Below are positions 42,974 to 51,443 of a stretch of 53,571 nt of DNA, one piece after another. Positions within the stretch are counted from its first letter, which is position 1; each line of letters begins with the position of its first letter. The DNA is from a virus (lineage: Duplodnaviria > Caudoviricetes). The position numbers were made by a program, and so were the translations under genes. Where the stretch lies: positions 1 to 53,571 of IMG/VR virus record IMGVR_UViG_3300012816_000027; one strand, written 5' to 3'. The notes below the pieces were generated by a model, which saw nothing but the letters and a program-made list of their open reading frames with translations, made no database searches and was not told the origin of the DNA.

Positions 42974-43915
42974 TCAGAACTCCACCTGGGCGGCGGTGAT
43001 GCCAGGCTCGATGCGGTATGCCTTGGGTCGGTCTAGGCGCGACTCCAGGTACTGCATGGAGTTCGGATCAAACCAGAAGCCATAGGAGCCCTCTGTCTCG
43101 CCGTGACGCTGCTTCTCCAGGTTCACCATGCAGTCAGGCGCATCCACGTTTTCGTGGTTGCCCTTTCTGATTTCATCTTCCTTTGCCTTGTTGCGCCAGA
43201 CGATAAAAATGTTATCGACCAGATCGGCAATGGCACCCGACCCCTTAATGTCGAACTTGCCGGGCATCCTGTGCTCGCTGTCGCCCTTCTTCACGTGCAG
43301 CACCAGGTGCACGTGGACACCGGTATCTTTCGCGATCGTGCAGAGGCTATTCACGAAAGCTTTCTGGCCGTTGTAGTCGTCTTCCTGGGCAATCACCTTG
43401 GCCAGGTTATCGACCACGAAATGCTGCACGCCGAATTTCTCGACCGCGTAGCGGATTACCGCCAGGATGGTGCGCGGATCGCTACTACCCACGTGGTCGT
43501 AGATCCACAGGCGGTTGTCGGTCCAGCGATGGAATGCCTTCAGGAACGGCACGGTCACATCGAGACGGCCGCCGGCCTGCCGTGCCATACGGGCCATCAC
43601 CTTGGGCGGAGCCATCTCCAGCGAGGCGATGCAAACGCGCTGATGCTGGTCCATCAGATCCAGGCTGACCTGCCCCACCACCTGGCTCTTGCCGTGACCG
43701 TTGATGCCGGCCCACAGGCTGACCTCGCCCGGCCGGAACTCGAAATCGCCGTGCGTCTTGCGCCAGCCCATCTGGACCTTCGGCGCATCGGCTGGCTTGA
43801 AGAAGTGATCGATGACCGCCTCCAGCATGGAGCTGGCCGGCACCACTCGGTGCTCGGCCGGTGGCTCGTCCATGTAGGCGGAGAAATCGATGTCATCGGG
43901 AATGGTGTGCATCAT
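42974..43915 (-). CDS. DnaB/T7-gp4-like SF4 helicase
   Basis: GINGHGKS Walker A, SLEM, VVDNL, DIKGSGAI, EKQRHG motifs. Confidence 0.88.
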   Translation of the reverse strand: MMHTIPDDIDFSAYMDEPPAEHRVVPASSMLEAVIDHFFKPADAPKVQMGWRKTHGDFEFRPGEVSLWAGINGHGKSQVVGQVSLDLMDQHQRVCIASLEMAPPKVMARMARQAGGRLDVTVPFLKAFHRWTDNRLWIYDHVGSSDPRTILAVIRYAVEKFGVQHFVVDNLAKVIAQEDDYNGQKAFVNSLCTIAKDTGVHVHLVLHVKKGDSEHRMPGKFDIKGSGAIADLVDNIFIVWRNKAKEDEIRKGNHENVDAPDCMVNLEKQRHGETEGSYGFWFDPNSMQYLESRLDRPKAYRIEPGITAAQVEF

Positions 43916-44319
43916 GGGCTCCATGCAAAGTTTTCGTTATCGAAGTCCGACCAAGGAGCGGACTCCCGCGCCCAGCGCCAGGAGGCACGGGGCTTTTCGA
44001 TGTCGTCTGGGTGTGGGAGCACGATGACGCGTGCACCTTTGAACTGGTCAACGTTCCAAACGTGCAACTGACCTGGAGAGTCCTTGCCAATGGCCAGGAG
44101 CATGTCCCAAGCCGCCTTGCGCGTCTGAGCGTTCACCATGAGGCAGAGCTGCAGACCGATCACCCAGCGCCAGTCGTAGGCGCCGTTGGGGTTCACGAAC
44201 ACCGTGTGGTTCGCTTCGGCCACCGGCCCGATCAGCGAGACCAGGATCAGTTCGTCTGGCTTCTGGCCGCGCATGCGCGCATCGATGATGGACTGTGCGC
44301 CCTTGGGGATTGGGCTCAT
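43912..44319 (-). CDS. Hypothetical replication-module protein
   Basis: 135 aa coupled between the O-like gene and the helicase; YDWRWV.GL motif. Confidence 0.6.
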   Translation of the reverse strand: MSPIPKGAQSIIDARMRGQKPDELILVSLIGPVAEANHTVFVNPNGAYDWRWVIGLQLCLMVNAQTRKAAWDMLLAIGKDSPGQLHVWNVDQFKGARVIVLPHPDDIEKPRASWRWARESAPWSDFDNENFAWSP

Positions 44320-45368
44320 TTCGCCCCCGCAAAACGTGGATCTTTGCGCCAGGACTCGCCATCAGGGTGCGCGGTCGATGCCGCGTGACCAGGTGCGATG
44401 CCATCGTGATAGGTCCCCTCCAGCGCCTTGGCGAAGCCGTTGGGCGAGAACAAAAAATCGAGGCCAGCGCGAAACGGCTTCTTGCCGTCACGCCCCGAAA
44501 CCTTTCCGGTCAGGAAATCCGACTTGGCGCAGTACGCGAAAAATGATCGCCAGGCTTCCAGACCTGCGGACTTGGTCGAGTAGCCGAAAGGTGCCGCTTC
44601 CAACGTGGCAGCTTCGGTCCAACGTGCACGGATCGATTTCTTCCGGGCCTCGGTGACCAACATGACCTTCGGATTCTTCGGCATGAGTTCGTGGTACAGG
44701 TTGACCAGAGAACCAACAGGGCAAAGCTGCACGTCATCGGCAGATGACGAAGAGTTTTTCTTTTGTTTAGTTTCTTTTGGAAGGTTTTCTTTTGTGTGTA
44801 CCGAATCGGTACCACCGACCTGTACCGAATCGGTACCAGTAGCGCACCGAATCGGTACATGTACCGAATTGGTACCAGGGTGTACTAAATCGGTACCAGT
44901 AGAATCCAGCAATGGCGCGGCTTCCAGGGTAAATGAGGACGCCTCAGAGGTAAAATCTCCTTCAACTTCGCCATCCTTGCACCCCTGTACTGAATCGGTA
45001 CCACCCTGTACCGAATCGGTACCAGCAAAATTGCCCTTGAAAAGATCCTGACTAATCCACAGCCGATGGTTTTTTTGGATGCCGATGACCGACCCAAATC
45101 GACCCGTCGTTTTGGTGATGATGTTCCTGCAGGAAAGACTCCCGAGGGTCGCCGTGACATGGGATCGCGCCATGTTGCAGAGGGCTGCAATCTGGCTGGC
45201 CGACATGTCGTCGGCCTTTTTCCCATACCCATAGGTCTTCCGGATGATCGCGAATATCACCGTCTGTTCGCGTAATGAGAAGCCGAAGGCCAAGATGGCC
45301 TCCAGAAGCTCATTGGCAATCCTGGTGTAGCCGTCTTCGACCTGGGGGCTGTTTTGTACTCGGGGCAT
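44316..45368 (-). CDS. Replication initiator, lambda O-like
   Basis: EDGYTRIANELLEA, RKTYGYGKK N-terminus; internal iterons; C-terminal DFLF...K.LEG.Y. Confidence 0.88.
   Translation of the reverse strand: MPRVQNSPQVEDGYTRIANELLEAILAFGFSLREQTVIFAIIRKTYGYGKKADDMSASQIAALCNMARSHVTATLGSLSCRNIITKTTGRFGSVIGIQKNHRLWISQDLFKGNFAGTDSVQGGTDSVQGCKDGEVEGDFTSEASSFTLEAAPLLDSTGTDLVHPGTNSVHVPIRCATGTDSVQVGGTDSVHTKENLPKETKQKKNSSSSADDVQLCPVGSLVNLYHELMPKNPKVMLVTEARKKSIRARWTEAATLEAAPFGYSTKSAGLEAWRSFFAYCAKSDFLTGKVSGRDGKKPFRAGLDFLFSPNGFAKALEGTYHDGIAPGHAASTAHPDGESWRKDPRFAGAK
44751..45024. repeat. Phage origin: seven 18-bp palindromic iterons (consensus TGTACCGAATCGGTACCA) plus an AT-rich tract
   Basis: Copies start at 44797, 44821, 44843, 44860, 44881, 44986 and 45007; T-rich run at 44751-44795. 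Confidence 0.85.
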
Positions 45369-45551
45369 TTATCCGGCCTTCGATTCCAAATAAATGGCCA
45401 CTACTGCGGCGCGCTCCAGCCACTGAGTCAGCAGCGGAATCTGATCTGGGTGAATCCGGACGATATCTTGGGCCTCGCTATTTTCCCGACTCTGCGCGAT
45501 CAACACATCACCAGCATCAGCGAAGACTTCGAACTGTTTTGAGATGGCCAT
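45369..45551 (-). CDS. Small hypothetical protein
   Basis: 60 aa abutting the O-like gene. Confidence 0.55.
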   Translation of the reverse strand: MAISKQFEVFADAGDVLIAQSRENSEAQDIVRIHPDQIPLLTQWLERAAVVAIYLESKAG

Positions 45552-45711
45552 ACGAGCCTTTCAGAGAGCCGGATTGAAGGGCCGAGGCGTGACGCGGTGG
45601 GCTCGTATCACCACATCGCGGCTGCGCAGCCGCTGCCTCGTTTGAAGGGCGGAGTCCCGCGACATGGCAGAATTGAGCTTCCACACATCAATTCCTTTCA
45701 TGGGGGCTCCA

Positions 45712-46215
45712 ATGGACTTAAGCCTGATCACCAGCGCAATAAGCGGCGCTCAGACGGCGGTAGAACTGGTAAAGACAGCTGTTTCTGCGCGCGACCAAGC
45801 TAAGGCAGAAGAGGCAGTCGCTGACACGAAAAAGAACCTGGCAATCGCCTACGACTCCCTTTTGTCGGTCTCGCAGGAGGCCATGAAGCTGGTCCAGCAG
45901 GTGATGACGGAAAAAGAAGTCAGCCAAACACTTCGAGAGGAAGTGAAACGCCTTACAGCGGAGATTGAGGACCGCAAGAGATACGTCCTGACGAATATTG
46001 GCGGGGGCGTACTGGCTTATGCGTTCAAGCCCACTGATGGCGAAGCCGACGTAGCGCATTACCTGTGTCAGCCCTGCATGACGAAGGGTCATAAATCGGT
46101 GCTCCAACCGCACGGCCCGCGCAGCAACTTCAAGTGCCACGCTTGTAACGCCGTGTATTTGGCCGATCAGGCGTCTTACCAGATCGCAGCGAGAGCGAGA
46201 GGACGAGGTTTCTGA
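45712..46215 (+). CDS. Coiled-coil plus Zn-ribbon moron
   Basis: HYLCQPC...FKCHAC (two CxxC); antisense to the early operon. Confidence 0.7.
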   Translation: MDLSLITSAISGAQTAVELVKTAVSARDQAKAEEAVADTKKNLAIAYDSLLSVSQEAMKLVQQVMTEKEVSQTLREEVKRLTAEIEDRKRYVLTNIGGGVLAYAFKPTDGEADVAHYLCQPCMTKGHKSVLQPHGPRSNFKCHACNAVYLADQASYQIAARARGRGF

Positions 46216-46226
46216 AGATCGCATGC

Positions 46227-46499
46227 TCATGCTTCCCCGGAATGATCAGTGGGAAGCTCGATCTCCCCCAGGTACTCGGCGACAGACCGTAGCGTCTCCG
46301 GCCGCATCCGCAGCTCACGGTCGCGCTCAATCGCGGCCGCCCTCTTCTCCTGCTCTTCATTCAGGCGCGCAGCCTCTTCCTGGGCGCGCTCCTTTCTCAT
46401 GCCCGCCGATACGACAGTCAGCACTGAGCAGCCAGGTGTGGGGTAGCCGACGGCGTAGGTACCGTCTGGCAATGGGCCGATGGGGAAATGGGTGAGCAT
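46227..46499 (-). CDS. Hypothetical early protein
   Basis: 90 aa immediately downstream of cro. Confidence 0.55.
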   Translation of the reverse strand: MLTHFPIGPLPDGTYAVGYPTPGCSVLTVVSAGMRKERAQEEAARLNEEQEKRAAAIERDRELRMRPETLRSVAEYLGEIELPTDHSGEA

Positions 46500-46736
46500 T
46501 CATCCCTCCTGGACAGAGGCGGGCTTCATTGGTGGGGAACTTCCGTCCTCTCCAATCCCGAGAGATCTGGCGAGTTCCTGAATGCCAGTCGCGACCTTAA
46601 ACGAAGGTCGAACCTTCCCTACACGGCCATTGGCAATGTCGGAAATAGTGGGTTGGCTACACTCCACTCGCTTGGCGATTTCCGCCTGAGTAAGGCCTTC
46701 AGCGAGGATAGCCTTGACGATTTTTTGAATGTCCAT
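46500..46736 (-). CDS. cro: Cro-like repressor
   Basis: GLTQAEIAKRVECSQPTISDIANG HTH, divergent from cI. Confidence 0.85.
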   Translation of the reverse strand: MDIQKIVKAILAEGLTQAEIAKRVECSQPTISDIANGRVGKVRPSFKVATGIQELARSLGIGEDGSSPPMKPASVQEG

Positions 46737-46742
46737 CCGCTC

Positions 46743-46808
46743 AATATAGATCTTCCTATTTTTACAGTCAATAGGAATACCGATTAAAATCTATATAAGA
46801 ATACCTAT
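46743..46808. promoter_or_regulatory. OR-like operator/promoter region
   Basis: Three imperfect ATAGGAATATCTAT-type sites; TTGACT -35 on the minus strand for cro. Confidence 0.75.
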
Positions 46809-46822
46809 GACGGAGGATAAAA

Positions 46823-47170
46823 ATGTCAATTGGCCAGAGAATCAAACATACTCGCAAGCAAATCGGTATGTCCCAGGCGGAACTCGCACAAAAAGTAGGG
46901 ATAAAGCAACCCACCTTGAGCGACCTGGAAAACGACATGTCGAAAGGAACTACTAAGCTAGCAAGTTTGGCAAAGGCACTCGGCGTGCGCTCCTATTGGC
47001 TGGAAACGGGAAAAGGTCCCAGTGAACTTGATGCAGCCGATGATCTCACGCATCTGTCTCAATTGAGCGACGAAGCGCACTCTGTAGCTGTCGCGTTCGA
47101 CTCTTTAAAGCTACCGGCCCAAAAAGAAGCAATACTGGCGCAACTAAGAGCATTCGGAGCTCATCTTTGA
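46823..47170 (+). CDS. cI: CI-like XRE repressor lacking an S24 peptidase domain
   Basis: IGQRIK..R...GMSQAELAQKVGIKQPTLSDLEN...WLETGKG; only 115 aa. Confidence 0.85.
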   Translation: MSIGQRIKHTRKQIGMSQAELAQKVGIKQPTLSDLENDMSKGTTKLASLAKALGVRSYWLETGKGPSELDAADDLTHLSQLSDEAHSVAVAFDSLKLPAQKEAILAQLRAFGAHL

Positions 47171-47180
47171 AGGCAGATGA

Positions 47181-48059
47181 ATGCTAGAGCAAGATCATAT
47201 TTCGGCGGACTGGGATGACAAGGGAATCCGCTCAATTGCGGATGCACGTGCGCTGTCAGAAGTGTCTCAAATGTATTTGGAAAAGGAAGTGCAGCTGCCA
47301 GAATCCATAGGAAATTTGGGTTCTGGGTCGGCAGACATGTACACGCGCTTACTACGGCGAACCTCCGAAGAGGTTAACGGGGAGTTGTCTTTTGCGGTCG
47401 GCATAGCAATTCGTGAATTTTGGTATGCCTGCTTCAGAGCCTCAATTTACATGGATCTGTCTTTCTCATCACAAATATTGCCTCGAACTGACCTTCAAAA
47501 AAAATTGGCATCTGCTCAGGGGTACGCCGATTACGAAGGTTGGGCACCAACTTTGTGTGACGGGTTAGCAGACATCCACCCACCTAAGCAACGTTTGGAG
47601 TTTCTGAAAGACACTCCATTCTCTGAGTTGCTAGCAGTGGAAACACTCATGCACTGCATGTCGTTGCGCTGGTTCGCCATGGCTAACGAGTTGATGGTGG
47701 AAAAGAGATTTGATGATTCTCTAGAATTCCTGCATGAGGCATATGATGCGCTGATCCTAGCCAATGGGCTGAGTATGCACAAAGCTGGAGAAGAATACGG
47801 CATGGAGTTGCAAGCTGCCGAAATTAGAAATTCGTTTGCTGTACTAGGGGCGAATGCTCGCCACCAAAAGAATCGAGCCCTCAAGGCGGAGGCAATTCGA
47901 CTATATCGGGAGCAAAAGTGGCCATCGGCGCGACAAGCGGCCAAGAATATCACTCCGAGAATCCGCGCTTTCTGCAACGAGCACGGCTTTCCTCCGTTGA
48001 GCTCTGACCGAGAACAACAGACCATCTACGGGTGGATCCTCGAGTCTTCAAAGACGTGA
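47181..48059 (+). CDS. Hypothetical protein with C-terminal HTH-like segment, co-transcribed with cI
   Basis: Starts 10 bp after cI; C-terminus WPSARQAA...QTIYGWI. Confidence 0.65.
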   Translation: MLEQDHISADWDDKGIRSIADARALSEVSQMYLEKEVQLPESIGNLGSGSADMYTRLLRRTSEEVNGELSFAVGIAIREFWYACFRASIYMDLSFSSQILPRTDLQKKLASAQGYADYEGWAPTLCDGLADIHPPKQRLEFLKDTPFSELLAVETLMHCMSLRWFAMANELMVEKRFDDSLEFLHEAYDALILANGLSMHKAGEEYGMELQAAEIRNSFAVLGANARHQKNRALKAEAIRLYREQKWPSARQAAKNITPRIRAFCNEHGFPPLSSDREQQTIYGWILESSKT

Positions 48060-48212
48060 GCTTGCACGCGATATACATTTCCGAGCTCACGTCTATCGTT
48101 TGCCTCTACACGTTATCCGTCAACGTGTAGCCGGCCTATCCCCCCCTCCCTTCGTTGCTTACAGTACAACCGTCTAGCTGATTCGCTATCACGCCGTTAG
48201 GAACATGAAAGA

Positions 48213-48256
48213 AATATAGATATTCCTATTGACTGCAAATATAGGAATATCTATTA
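48213..48256 (+). promoter_or_regulatory. OL/PL-like operator-promoter
   Basis: atagatattcctat / ataggaatatctat inverted pair flanking TTGACT, with TATTAT -10; 48221-48235 is the exact reverse complement of 46765-46779. Confidence 0.8.
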
Positions 48257-48277
48257 TCGCTTCAGGAGGAAACATAT

Positions 48278-48475
48278 ATGACCCAGAAAACAACCCTCAC
48301 CGGCAGCGCAATGGAAGATATGCAGGACATGATCCGCATGAACCTGGAATTATCAAATCATCTGTTACAGCTTGCGCTTTCCGAGTCTGTTGAAATTTCC
48401 CCCGCAGCGGATGCACTCATCAGAGCTGCCCGACGATATCTCTCCGATATCCAAATCTCCATGTCGCAAAAATGA
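48278..48475 (+). CDS. Hypothetical early protein
   Basis: AGGAGG RBS, first gene after PL. Confidence 0.6.
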   Translation: MTQKTTLTGSAMEDMQDMIRMNLELSNHLLQLALSESVEISPAADALIRAARRYLSDIQISMSQK

Positions 48476-48540
48476 AAAAGCCGCCAAGTGTTAGAGCACT
48501 TAGCGGCCTGATGAAACTCACCCTGTCAGGAGTTAATTTC

Positions 48541-48807
48541 ATGAGCAGAAATAGTAGCATAGGCGCGTCCAGCGTCAAGGTGGTAGCTGCCGACACCACC
48601 ACTGCCACACAAGTGGCACGCCCCAAAGATGCCGGCTATCTGGCCCACATGGCGGATCAGCTTGCATCGCAGCTGGAAATCTTGCACACCTTCGCAATAC
48701 AAAATGCCGAAGACTGCAAGCCGGCGTTAGCCGGCGCCATTGGTGCGGCATTCGACGCAGCAGCCAATCTGAGCCGCGAACTTGATGTGCTGGAGGCTGC
48801 CCAATGA
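48541..48807 (+). CDS. Hypothetical early protein
   Basis: AGGAG RBS before ATG 48541; ATGA-coupled to rha. Confidence 0.55.
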   Translation: MSRNSSIGASSVKVVAADTTTATQVARPKDAGYLAHMADQLASQLEILHTFAIQNAEDCKPALAGAIGAAFDAAANLSRELDVLEAAQ

Positions 48808-49499
48808 GCGCCCTCATCCACATCAAAGACGGCGAGCCTGTCACTACCTCACTGGCCATCGCAGAAGGCACGCAAACTCAGCACAAGAACGTGATGGAGT
48901 TGGTGCGCAGCTACTCTGAAGATCTGGGCCGATTCGGAAGGGTCGCGTTCGAAACGCAACCCTTTGAAACTGCTGGCGGCACCCAACAGCGGGAGATTGC
49001 ACTTCTCAACGAACAGCAGTCTGCCCTTGTGATTGCCTACATGCGCAACAGCGAAATCGTGCGCCAGTTCAAGATCGCTCTGATCAAGGGTTTCTTTGAC
49101 ATGCGTGCCCAGCTCTCGGCGCAGAGCTCTCTTGCGGAGCTACCGCCCGAACAGCGTGCCCTGGTTGCCCTGATGGTCGACAACGCCCGGATCAAGGCCC
49201 AACAGCAGGAGATCGTTGCCACCCAAGAATCCCAGGCCGAGAGCATCAAGCGCCTGGAGGTAAAACAATCAGCCTTCGAGGATGGGGCAGGCTACTTCAC
49301 GGTCATAGGCTACGGCGCCATGCACGGCATCAAGATCGACCACGCCACGGCAATCCGCGTTGGCCGGCGCGCTGGTGAACTGAGCAAACGCCAGGGCATT
49401 CCGGTCGGTAAGGTCCGCGACGTGCGTTTCGGACAGGTCAACTCGTACCACGAAAGCATGCTGGATGCAGCATTCATTGAAATGGGGGGTGCCAAATGA
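48804..49499 (+). CDS. rha: Rha-family phage regulatory protein
   Basis: TTSLAIAEGT..QHKNVMEL, LLNEQQ, FKIALIKGF motifs; C-terminal D.RFG.VNSYH domain. Confidence 0.85.
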   Translation: MSALIHIKDGEPVTTSLAIAEGTQTQHKNVMELVRSYSEDLGRFGRVAFETQPFETAGGTQQREIALLNEQQSALVIAYMRNSEIVRQFKIALIKGFFDMRAQLSAQSSLAELPPEQRALVALMVDNARIKAQQQEIVATQESQAESIKRLEVKQSAFEDGAGYFTVIGYGAMHGIKIDHATAIRVGRRAGELSKRQGIPVGKVRDVRFGQVNSYHESMLDAAFIEMGGAK

Positions 49500-49906
49500 A
49501 TTGCGCGCACAATCTCTCCAATGCACTGGACCTGCAGTCGGCCATCACGCAGATGCGCGCCGCACTGGAAAATCTCGGCCCTACTGAGCCCATCACGCCG
49601 GAAAACGCCAGGCTGCTGGACGATCTACTTCCCCTGATCGCCCGGGCTCTTCCTGGGACGCTGAATATCGTCATCACCGGTGAGCGTGCCAAGCGTTTCC
49701 ACTGGGCGCTCAGTGATCTGACCGATATCAACGTCTCGCTCGAATCATCGGCTGCGACGTTCCCCGACCAGCACAGTCTGGAGCCAGGCCAGATCCATCC
49801 TGTCATTGCGGTCGAAGCATTTTCGGCTGGCATGTCGAAGCGACTGGACCTGCTGCAGGCGATCCTTGCGAACGGGGAAAAGCCAGAGGTCGCCAATGGT
49901 CGCTAA
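49496..49906 (+). CDS. Hypothetical protein
   Basis: ATGA-coupled to rha. Confidence 0.55.
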   Translation: MNCAHNLSNALDLQSAITQMRAALENLGPTEPITPENARLLDDLLPLIARALPGTLNIVITGERAKRFHWALSDLTDINVSLESSAATFPDQHSLEPGQIHPVIAVEAFSAGMSKRLDLLQAILANGEKPEVANGR

Positions 49907-50183
49907 TCGTCCAACCAACTTGCCCAAGCGCCTGCGCGTGGACACATACCAGGTGCAGAAGAGCATGTATCTGCTCATCGGCGGCGAGCTCAAGAAGACG
50001 GTCACGCTGGGCCTGTCGCCGCTGTTCGGCAGCCGTTTCGCTGCGGTGAAGGCGCTGCGCATGCTTCGCAAGAGGCATCCCACGGCAATACTGACGCACA
50101 GCCGGTTGGACTTTTCCAGTGACGAGCGCATCATGCGAGCCGCCTTCCTCACGATGGTGGTGCGTCCTGGAGATAAGCCTTGA
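49896..50183 (+). CDS. Hypothetical protein
   Basis: GAGG RBS before ATG 49896, overlaps the previous stop. Confidence 0.5.
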   Translation: MVANRPTNLPKRLRVDTYQVQKSMYLLIGGELKKTVTLGLSPLFGSRFAAVKALRMLRKRHPTAILTHSRLDFSSDERIMRAAFLTMVVRPGDKP

Positions 50184-50317
50184 ACTCGAGCGAAACGATG
50201 AGGCGCTGCCGCGGTGACTGGCAGTCTGGCGCAAGCGGTGATGCAACCTTTCCGTTGCTTCACCTCGTACTAAATCGCCATCCTCGCGATCGAGGCACTA
50301 CGGGAGGCCACATGGAA

Positions 50318-51019
50318 TTAGTCAAACGTTGTGCCGACGCGGTAATGGAAAGCAACATCATTGCTGACATCTTGAACCACTCGTTTGCATTCGGCCTGCG
50401 CAATTTTGAGGGACATCGTACAAGTAACAATATTCCTGCGCTGGTTCGTCAGATATTGATGCGGAGTAATGGTGGAATGGAGCCGGTTTTGACTGGCCCT
50501 CTGCATGTCATCCCTGATCAGCCAGATACGCTGCATCGCTGCGGCAATGTGAGCAGCCGCTCGGTTGGGCAAGACTATGATTCCCGTCAATTCATCTATC
50601 TCAAACTTCGGGCACTCATCAATTGCAACGCTGACGCTTTTGCCCCACTCGGTAAGCTCGCTCCTTCCCCCGGTCACGGGAAGAACACCAAACTCGAGTT
50701 CGGCAATTCGCATTTGCAGAAAGTCGTCGATCTCTTTCAACGTATTCAGCACTTGAGAGATTCGCTCAAGCATGCCCGATGCAAGCACCACCGCCGTATC
50801 CCATTGCTCACGCTGACGAACTCGATCGGTTTTGATTGCAATTCGGATAGTTCCTACGAAGGCTGCTCCCGCAAACACCGCGCCCATCCACGTAGCAAAG
50901 TCTCCCTTTTTATCCGACGTAAATTCAGCAGATATCAATTGCATGATCGACCAACCGACGGCAATCAAAGCAACAACTACAAACCCAAAACCGATATAGG
51001 TAAAGAACCGCTTTTCCAT
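50318..51019 (-). CDS. Two-TM membrane protein moron
   Basis: Two N-terminal TM helices (ATWMGAV motif) plus helical domain; GAGGGG RBS and TGnTACGAT extended -10 upstream. Confidence 0.65.
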   Translation of the reverse strand: MEKRFFTYIGFGFVVVALIAVGWSIMQLISAEFTSDKKGDFATWMGAVFAGAAFVGTIRIAIKTDRVRQREQWDTAVVLASGMLERISQVLNTLKEIDDFLQMRIAELEFGVLPVTGGRSELTEWGKSVSVAIDECPKFEIDELTGIIVLPNRAAAHIAAAMQRIWLIRDDMQRASQNRLHSTITPHQYLTNQRRNIVTCTMSLKIAQAECKRVVQDVSNDVAFHYRVGTTFD

Positions 51020-51104
51020 ATGATCCCCCTCATTTTTGGCGTGATCGTAGCATGGCGCAATTTTCACCATAGGGATTGCTCGAAGTGCCAAAGATGGATC
51101 TTCC

Positions 51105-51443
51105 ATGGACACCGATGAAGCAGCCCTGACCTTACAGGAGGTTGCCGCCCGCATGAAACTGTCCTACAGCACGGTCTTCGCCATGCGTGAGCAGATCGGA
51201 TTCCGACTACCTGGATCCCGTGTTTGGCGCGTCTGGCCCTCCCGCCTTGCAGAACTCAGCGAGAAACGCAACAATGTGGCCCGGCTACCGCTGCGGGTTG
51301 CAGGAGAAAACAATTGCCAATCCGCAAAAATCCCTCATCAGGCATCTGGTGGATTGACATCCGCGCGCCAGGCGTCCCGCGAATTAGACGCTCTTCTGGC
51401 ACGACGGACAAACAAGCCGCGCAAGAACTCCACGACCGGGTAA
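51105..51443 (+). CDS. xis: Excisionase-like HTH protein
   Basis: LTLQEVAARMKLSYSTV...G.R..G.RVWRV; overlaps the integrase start. Confidence 0.7.
   Translation: MDTDEAALTLQEVAARMKLSYSTVFAMREQIGFRLPGSRVWRVWPSRLAELSEKRNNVARLPLRVAGENNCQSAKIPHQASGGLTSARQASRELDALLARRTNKPRKNSTTG

Noticed and set aside
44797-45024. Palindromic repeats as a CRISPR array
   Set aside because: Spacers are mostly 0-6 bp, repeats are in frame inside the O-like gene next to an AT-rich tract, and no cas genes are present; these are iterons
50180-51118. 312-aa plus-strand ORF
   Set aside because: Antisense to the membrane-protein moron, which has the better RBS, promoter and protein-like composition
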